A stretch of DNA of 64,000 nucleotides, from assembly GCA_050250435.1 (NCBI GenBank), contig JBFWOR010000005.1, positions 50,401 to 114,400 on the forward strand, read 5' to 3'. The notes beneath the pieces were generated by a model. The model had not been told where the DNA came from and did no database searches. It worked only from the letters and a program-made list of their open reading frames with translations. Position numbers and translations under genes: made by a program. The DNA is from Pirellulales bacterium (GTDB lineage Bacteria > Planctomycetota > Planctomycetia > Pirellulales > PALSA-1355). This document shows, one piece after another, positions 58,225 through 64,000 of this stretch; within the stretch, counting starts at the first letter, position 1; each line of letters begins with the position of its first letter.

Positions 58225-59118
58225 GTGACACTGTGTTGTGCAATACGTCGGTTGTCCAGCACGCGATGGAGCGCGGCACTCAGCCTGGTCTGCATCTTCA
58301 GCACGCCGTGGACTGCTACGGCACAGGCCCAGCAGCGTCAGTGGGCCCTGTACGTGATGAAGCCCGACGGCAGCCAGGTGCGCCAATTGGTGCAGGCGCC
58401 GGGCTTCACCAATCACAACTATCCGCGCTGGTCGCGCGACGGCACGCGGGTGATGTTCGACGTATCAACTGGCAACCGCGCCAGCCACGCGCTATACGTC
58501 GTCAATGCGGATGGCTCAGGGCTCGCCCCCGTGGGCATCAATTCGCACGGCGATTGGTCGCCGGATGACAAGCAATTTGTCTGCGAGCGCTACGATGGCA
58601 ACCGCACCGAAATCTTCGTGCAGAACGTCGACGGCGGCGACAGCACGACGATTGGCGTCGGCACCAGTCCGCGCTGGTCGCCCGACGGGAGCAAGCTGGC
58701 CTATGCGGCCGACAACAACGTTGTCATTGCCGATTTATTGAGCGGTGAAACGAAGACTCTGCTCGAAGAGCCGATGTTCGAAATCTTTGGCGGCTTTGCC
58801 TGGTTTCCTGATGGGCAGCGATTGGCGTTCGTCGTGCGGCCGCGGGGCGGCAAGCCGCGCGAGCTGTTGTTCGCCAGCGTCCACGACGACGGCCGCGCCC
58901 CGCGCAGGCGGTTGCAGAACGAGATGGGCGGCGGATTCTCCATCTCGCCCGACGGCAAACAGCTCGCCTTTGCGAACAACTACAAGCTGCACATCGTCGA
59001 AACCGACAGCGGCAAGGATCCGCGCCTCGTTCCCCAGCAGAAGAGCTTGAACAAGCATCCCGACTGGTCGCCCGACGGACAGTGGATTGTGTTTTGCAGC
59101 GATCGCGGGACGCCGTAA
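58225..59118 (+). CDS. TolB-like PD40 beta-propeller protein
   Basis: Repeated PRWSRDG, WSPDD, PRWSPDG, WFPDG, ISPDG, PDWSPDG motifs. Start uncertain. Confidence 0.88.
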   Translation: MTLCCAIRRLSSTRWSAALSLVCIFSTPWTATAQAQQRQWALYVMKPDGSQVRQLVQAPGFTNHNYPRWSRDGTRVMFDVSTGNRASHALYVVNADGSGLAPVGINSHGDWSPDDKQFVCERYDGNRTEIFVQNVDGGDSTTIGVGTSPRWSPDGSKLAYAADNNVVIADLLSGETKTLLEEPMFEIFGGFAWFPDGQRLAFVVRPRGGKPRELLFASVHDDGRAPRRRLQNEMGGGFSISPDGKQLAFANNYKLHIVETDSGKDPRLVPQQKSLNKHPDWSPDGQWIVFCSDRGTP

Positions 59119-59167
59119 GCGCGAGTCGGCCAACGGCCGACACTCGCGATGTTGCGCGCTCGCCAGT

Positions 59168-59197
59168 TTGACAGCCTGCGCATGCGGCCCGTAAAAT
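59168..59197 (+). promoter_or_regulatory. Putative promoter of purM
   Basis: TTGACA-N18-TAAAAT. Confidence 0.55.
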
Positions 59198-59235
59198 GCC
59201 TCGTTTCTGCCGGGCACGTCGGGCGTTCACTTCTC

Positions 59236-60297
59236 ATGGCCAAAGCGACTTACAAGGATTCGGGCGTCGATCTGGCGGTCTATCGCCAGTCGATGGCCCG
59301 GCTGCCGCGGCTGTTGCACCGCACGTATTCGCCGCGCGTGATCCCCAACGACGGCGGCTTTGCCGGGCTGTTTCAGCTCGACTTCGCCAATGCCCTGTTT
59401 GCCCGCAAATATGCCGACCCGGTGCTCGTCTCCTGCACCGACGGCGTGGGCACGAAGCTGAAAGTGGCCACGCTGGCCGGCATTCACAACACCGTGGGCA
59501 TTGACCTGGTGGCCATGAGCGTGAACGACGCCCTGTGCACCGGCGCAGAGCCGCTGTTCTTCCTTGACTATGTGGCCATGTCGCACGACGATCCGGAGCT
59601 ACTGGAGCAGATCGTCGAGGGCGTTTCGGCCGGCTGCACCGAGGCCGACTGCGCACTGTTGGGCGGCGAGACGGCCATCATGCCCGACCTGTACGCGCGT
59701 GGCGACTACGACCTGGCCGGCTTTTGCGTCGGCGTGGCGGAACGGGCCAAGCTGATCGACGGCCGCGGGATCAGTCCGGACGACGTGGTCGTGGGCCTGG
59801 CCTCCAGCGGCCTGCACTCGAACGGCTATAGCCTCGTGCGAAAAATCGTGTTCGATATGGCCGGGCTCAAGCCGGGCGACGACGTGCCCGAGTTGGGACA
59901 GTCCGTCGCGCGGGCACTGCTCATGCCCACGCGGCTCTACGTGCGGCCGGTGCGGCAGGTGCTCAATTACTACACGGTCAAGAAAGTCGTCCACGGCATT
60001 GCCCACATCACGGGCGGCGGACTGCACGAAAATCTCGAGCGCATTCTGCCCGAGGGCATTCGCGCCGTGATCGAACGCGGCAGTTGGACGGCGCCGCCGG
60101 TGTTCGACTGGCTGGCGCGGCTGGGCAACGTCGAAGCGGACGAAATGGACCGCGTGTTCAACATGGGCATCGGCCTGGTGCTGGTAGTCAGCTCGTACTA
60201 TGCCGAAGCCATTCGGCACCAGCTGGCCGATAGCGGCGTGGAAAGCTGGATCATCGGCCGCACGCTGGCCGGCGAGCGCGGCGTGGCGTGGGCGTGA
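59236..60297 (+). CDS. purM: Phosphoribosylformylglycinamidine cyclo-ligase
   Basis: [71 protein letters not shown]. Confidence 0.98.
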   Translation: MAKATYKDSGVDLAVYRQSMARLPRLLHRTYSPRVIPNDGGFAGLFQLDFANALFARKYADPVLVSCTDGVGTKLKVATLAGIHNTVGIDLVAMSVNDALCTGAEPLFFLDYVAMSHDDPELLEQIVEGVSAGCTEADCALLGGETAIMPDLYARGDYDLAGFCVGVAERAKLIDGRGISPDDVVVGLASSGLHSNGYSLVRKIVFDMAGLKPGDDVPELGQSVARALLMPTRLYVRPVRQVLNYYTVKKVVHGIAHITGGGLHENLERILPEGIRAVIERGSWTAPPVFDWLARLGNVEADEMDRVFNMGIGLVLVVSSYYAEAIRHQLADSGVESWIIGRTLAGERGVAWA

Positions 60298-60350
60298 GCC
60301 GCTTTTTGTGACGCGTTGCTTCGCCGCAAGCGGCCGTCGGACGCGGCGAA

Positions 60351-60421
60351 GGGGACAGTCCCATTTTTCTCCCCGACCATCCTGCGGATGGTGCCCGAGG
60401 GAAAAAATTGGGACAGTCCCC
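60351..60421. repeat. REPIN-like hairpin with GGGACAGTCCC ends
   Basis: GGGGACAGTCCC-ATTTTT...ACCATCC-TGC-GGATGGT...AAAAAAT-T-GGGACAGTCCCC, an imperfect 71-bp palindrome between convergent genes. Confidence 0.8.
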
Positions 60422-60425
60422 GTTT

Positions 60426-62849
60426 CTACGGCACTTGGGCCAGCGCCTTCGCGTCGGCCTTCGACGGCCCGGCCTTTTCAATCGCTTCGAGCACCTGCTG
60501 TTTGGTGACCAGGTCGCTGAGCACAATGGGCGCGTTCGGCTTGCCGGCGGGATAGAAGACGAGCTGTGGAATCGAATTGCGTTGGATTGATTCCAGAGCC
60601 TGTTTGATTTCGTCGGAGCCGTCGGTCCAGTCGGCCAGCATCGGCACGATGCGCTTCTCGTCGATCTGCTGTTTGACCGCCTCGGTCTCGATGGCCGTGG
60701 CCAGATTCACTTTGCAGGTGAGACACCACTCGGCCGTGAAGTCGACCAGCACGGTATGCCCCTCGGCGCTCAATCGCTTGGCCTCGGCCTGCGAAAAGTC
60801 TCGCCACGCAATGATGGACTCTTGCGGCGTGAGCCATTGGAACGCCGCCACGCCGACGACCGCGGCCACGGCAGCTCCCTGCGCCCAGGCCTTGAGCCGC
60901 TTGGGCAGCGGTTCGACAAACGACACGCGGCCAATCCACCAGCAGGCGGCCCACAGGCCGACCATCATGGCAAACGTGGGCACCAGGTAGTCGCGATCCA
61001 TGAACGTGAACAGAAACACGATGGTTCCCAACAGCACGAAGCCCATGATGTGCTTGAAGGTCTCCATCCACGCGCCCGGCTTCGGCAAAAAGCGAATCAA
61101 CGGCGGATACGCGCCGATCACCAGGTACGGAGCGGCCATGCCCAGTCCCATCGCCCCAAACACCAGGTAGGTCACCAGCGGCGGCTGACTGAGCATGAAA
61201 CCGAATACGGGGCCGAGAAAGGGCCCGCTACAGGGCGTGGAGAGGACGGTGGCCAGCACGCCCTTCGAGATGGCGCCGACGGTGCCTTCTTGCGTGGCGA
61301 GCGTATTGGCGGTGCTCGAGCTGGCAAAGCCCGGAATGGGAATCTCCCAGACGCCCAAAAAGCTGAGTGCCATCACGAACACGACGGCGACCATGGCGAT
61401 ATTGAACGCGGTCGAGCTGAATTGCTGTCCCCAGCCGAGGTCCTGCTCGGTCAGGCCCAGTTTCGCGCCGCTGGCCAGCGTGGCCAACACCATGAACACG
61501 GCCATCACGCCGACCGAGTACCAAACGTTGAGCGCGAGAATCTGCTTGCGGCTGCGTCCGGCCTGTTCGGCAAACGAGAGGATCTTGAGCCCGATGACCG
61601 GCAGCACGCAGGGCATGAAGTTGAGCAGAAAGCCGCCGACAAATCCGGCCAGCAAGATCAGCGGCAGCGAAGCAAGCGGCGCGGGCCCTTCGGCGGTCGT
61701 AATGATCTCGTCAGCAGAGCCGTCTGGCGTCACTTCCGCGCGGCGCGTACCGTTATGCGTTTGCGCCAGTCGCGCGGCCTCGCCGTACTTCGCATCGCTG
61801 AAACCAAGCGGTGCGGCGCCGGCGACGCTTCCAGTCGCGGCAACCGTCAGCTTGCCGGAAAATCGCGCGCCGCGGGGTAGGTCGCAACTATCGCTCTGAC
61901 AGACTTGAAAGCCGATCATGCCATCGATCGGATACTGGCCGGGCTTGGCGCCCGCCGGCACTTTGATCGTCGTGGTCCAGGAGACGCGGCCTTCGTAGTA
62001 ACGCGGCGGCGGTTCGCCCGGCAGCAGCGCTTCGCCGACGATCGCCTGCTGGCTGGCAACGGCCCGCGAGAACGGCAAGCCCGAGGTGTTCTGCAACACG
62101 ATCAACGTGGGCTTGTTGCCCAGCGCGCCGGCATCGGTTTCGGCAAGTTCGTAGATGTGCCAGCCTTCGGCCGGCGCAGCTTCGATAATCAACTTCGCGG
62201 TGCCGCCGGGGGCCACGGTTTGCGGCTCGATCCGTCCGGTCAGCGTCAGGTGTTGATGCGCATCGGACAGTACGGTCACGCTCGGCGCGGCGGCCGCAGG
62301 TGCCTGGGCCATTGCAGCGGCAAACGCAAACGGGTGCGGCTGCAGGCAGCTCACTTCGCTGCACGATTGAATCCGGGCCTGGCCGCTGATTTTGAGGCGC
62401 GCGGGATCCACCCCGGCGCGAATCTCGACGGGCGCCTGCCAGGTCACTTCGCCCTTGTACTGTTCGAAGACGGCGCCGTCTTTGCGAACCGTTTCGGCCG
62501 GCAACGTGGGCCGGAACTCGCCCAGCAGCCGATAGTCGGCTGACTCGTCGACCGAGATCGTCGTGGGCACCGCCTGGACCGGTTTCTGGGTCAGGGAGTA
62601 AATATGCCAGCCGGGCTGGACCTTGGCCGTCACGGAGAGGGTAGCGCGGCCGTTGGCGGCGGGGCGTGAAAAGCCGGCCGAGACGCCCACGATCGACTCC
62701 GGAGTCGCCTGGGAGCCGGTGGCCTGCCCTGCGAGCGGCTTGCCGGTGAGGATGTCATCGATCCGCGGTTGAGCCCAGGCCGCGTCCGTCGCCAGGGCAA
62801 GGGCTGCAATTGCCAGCCAAAAGCGGGTGCAAAACACTGCCAGCCGCAT
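60426..62849 (-). CDS. dsbD: DsbD-family thiol:disulfide interchange protein
   Basis: Two N-terminal GWHIY...C-x4-C domains, TM domain LNFMPCVLPV and STPCSGP, LPKPGAWM, C-terminal thioredoxin VDFTAEWCLTC. Confidence 0.88.
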   Translation of the reverse strand: MRLAVFCTRFWLAIAALALATDAAWAQPRIDDILTGKPLAGQATGSQATPESIVGVSAGFSRPAANGRATLSVTAKVQPGWHIYSLTQKPVQAVPTTISVDESADYRLLGEFRPTLPAETVRKDGAVFEQYKGEVTWQAPVEIRAGVDPARLKISGQARIQSCSEVSCLQPHPFAFAAAMAQAPAAAAPSVTVLSDAHQHLTLTGRIEPQTVAPGGTAKLIIEAAPAEGWHIYELAETDAGALGNKPTLIVLQNTSGLPFSRAVASQQAIVGEALLPGEPPPRYYEGRVSWTTTIKVPAGAKPGQYPIDGMIGFQVCQSDSCDLPRGARFSGKLTVAATGSVAGAAPLGFSDAKYGEAARLAQTHNGTRRAEVTPDGSADEIITTAEGPAPLASLPLILLAGFVGGFLLNFMPCVLPVIGLKILSFAEQAGRSRKQILALNVWYSVGVMAVFMVLATLASGAKLGLTEQDLGWGQQFSSTAFNIAMVAVVFVMALSFLGVWEIPIPGFASSSTANTLATQEGTVGAISKGVLATVLSTPCSGPFLGPVFGFMLSQPPLVTYLVFGAMGLGMAAPYLVIGAYPPLIRFLPKPGAWMETFKHIMGFVLLGTIVFLFTFMDRDYLVPTFAMMVGLWAACWWIGRVSFVEPLPKRLKAWAQGAAVAAVVGVAAFQWLTPQESIIAWRDFSQAEAKRLSAEGHTVLVDFTAEWCLTCKVNLATAIETEAVKQQIDEKRIVPMLADWTDGSDEIKQALESIQRNSIPQLVFYPAGKPNAPIVLSDLVTKQQVLEAIEKAGPSKADAKALAQVP

Positions 62850-62891
62850 GCTTATATCCTTATCCGATAAGGCATTAAGGAATCGGCCGCC

Positions 62892-62921
62892 ATTCTAGCT
62901 TGGGGCCAATGGCACGGTCAA
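62892..62921 (-). promoter_or_regulatory. Putative promoter of dsbD
   Basis: Minus strand TTGACC-N18-TAGAAT. Confidence 0.55.
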
Positions 62922-63039
62922 CGTCGTTTGGCGGGCGCTTTGCGGCTTGGGGGGACTCCAGGGACGGCCCTCCGTGACGACGCGTGCGTGGTGACCGCCC
63001 CCTGTACGCAATCCAGCGATTGCGGGTTCAAATCGCGCA

Positions 63040-63077
63040 TAACCAGGCCCTACGCAAATAACCAGGTCCTACGCAAA
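63040..63077. repeat. 19-bp tandem duplication spanning a stop codon
   Basis: TAACCAGGCCCTACGCAAA (63040-63058) and TAACCAGGTCCTACGCAAA (63059-63077). Confidence 0.8.
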
Positions 63078-64000
63078 GCTTATTCCACCGGAACCGCGGG
63101 AGAGCTGACCGAGCCGGGCGACAAACTCGTCGACACGTGCCAGCACTCCGGCCGGATCGTCGAACACACGTTCCTCCAGGTACAGCCATTCGAGCCACTG
63201 CAAACCGCCCATCAACACCGTGCTGCGATCGAACGCCGTGATCAGCCGCAGCTCGTCGTCGCTGAGCGGCCGCACGCGGGTGTACGCGGCCAGGCCACGA
63301 TCCCAATCGGCAACCGCGTCGCCGGCCAGGCTGCCCAGGAGCCGGGCCACGTCAGCCGCGACATTTTCCGGCCGCATCGAGCCAAAATCCACGATCCCGC
63401 TCACCTCTTCGCCACGGTACAACACGTGTGCGTGCCAGATATCGCGGATGCAGGGCTGCAACGACACTTGCAGCGCGGAGGCCGATTCCAGCAGGTCGGA
63501 CACCAGGGGCGCGGCGCTGGAAAACAAGTGGATCAGTTGCTGGCCCCGCGCCGCCAGTTCGGGCCAGGCTCCGTTGTGGCTGGCATTGCGCAAGGGTTCG
63601 ATCCGGCCAGCCAACAAATCCCGCAATCGCTCTTGGCGCTCAACGATGCCGGGGGAAACAAGTGGGCCTGGTTCCGGCAGCGGAAACGTCGCCGCTGCGC
63701 AATGAAAACGGGCCAGCGCGACCAGTGCATTGGCCAGCCGCACCGGGCTGGGCCGCTGGCGATAGTCGGCGGCGCCGCTCAGCCAGCGCCCGAGCTCCCA
63801 CAGATGCCCGTCAAAGAACACGTAGCCGTGATGGTGCTGTGTTTCCAGCGGCAGCGCGATTTCGTGAAAACCTTCTTGATCGACGTGCCAGAGCACCGCC
63901 TGGATGAACTCCAAGCGTTCGACGTCGGGATGGCCTGGGGGCCAGCGGCGCAGGCACAAGGGACCGCGCGGCGTATCGAGGCGCCACAGGCGCGCCCCGC
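63069..64000 (-). CDS. Phosphotransferase (APH/homoserine kinase type II family), 5' end outside window
   Basis: WELGRWLSG, LARFH, CIRDIWHAHVLY (Brenner-like motif), GIVDFGSM, DVARLL. Confidence 0.85.
   Translation of the reverse strand, partial: GARLWRLDTPRGPLCLRRWPPGHPDVERLEFIQAVLWHVDQEGFHEIALPLETQHHHGYVFFDGHLWELGRWLSGAADYRQRPSPVRLANALVALARFHCAAATFPLPEPGPLVSPGIVERQERLRDLLAGRIEPLRNASHNGAWPELAARGQQLIHLFSSAAPLVSDLLESASALQVSLQPCIRDIWHAHVLYRGEEVSGIVDFGSMRPENVAADVARLLGSLAGDAVADWDRGLAAYTRVRPLSDDELRLITAFDRSTVLMGGLQWLEWLYLEERVFDDPAGVLARVDEFVARLGQLSRGSGGISFA

Noticed and set aside
1-64000. CRISPR array, prophage, IS element or anti-phage defence locus
   Set aside because: No repeat-spacer array and no cas, phage, transposase or recognisable defence genes. 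The repeats found are short and at most two-copy or degenerate.

Overview
GC-rich bacterial chromosomal window with about 55 protein genes and one tRNA-Glu(TTC). The host is most likely a planctomycete (Pirellulales-like). This is an inference from the methanopterin formyltransferase, two Cys-type sulfatases, csrA, Tat-exported proteins and characteristic short intergenic palindromes. The window is mostly core and metabolic, and I found no integrase, transposase, prophage, CRISPR array or defence system. Main blocks, in order: lemA-M48 protease-tfoX; MFS, HEAT/VWA protein and sulfatase; 5-formyl-THF cyclo-ligase tightly coupled to an Ftr/FhcD formyltransferase, then moxR-DUF58-DUF4129; thiolase, hemH, tRNA-Glu, csrA; a complex-I cluster nuoI-DUF2203-nuoA-C-D-H-J-K-L-M-N lacking nuoB and nuoEFG, with large loop insertions; tatD, MOSC, nth, dcd; an APC/Nramp-like transporter with a DxDxDG-repeat insert; a DUF4139 operon behind an ECF-type promoter; sulfatase, a 668-aa unknown, FAH and a stand-alone Aas-like ligase; STAS/RsbW; NagB-like plus PIG-L deacetylase; ALDH, TolB-like, purM, DsbD and an APH-family kinase. 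The best candidate for an undescribed system is the cyclo-ligase + Ftr pair, a possible N5-formyl-pterin bridge between folate and methanopterin C1 pools. All functional calls come from motif recognition by eye, with no database searches.
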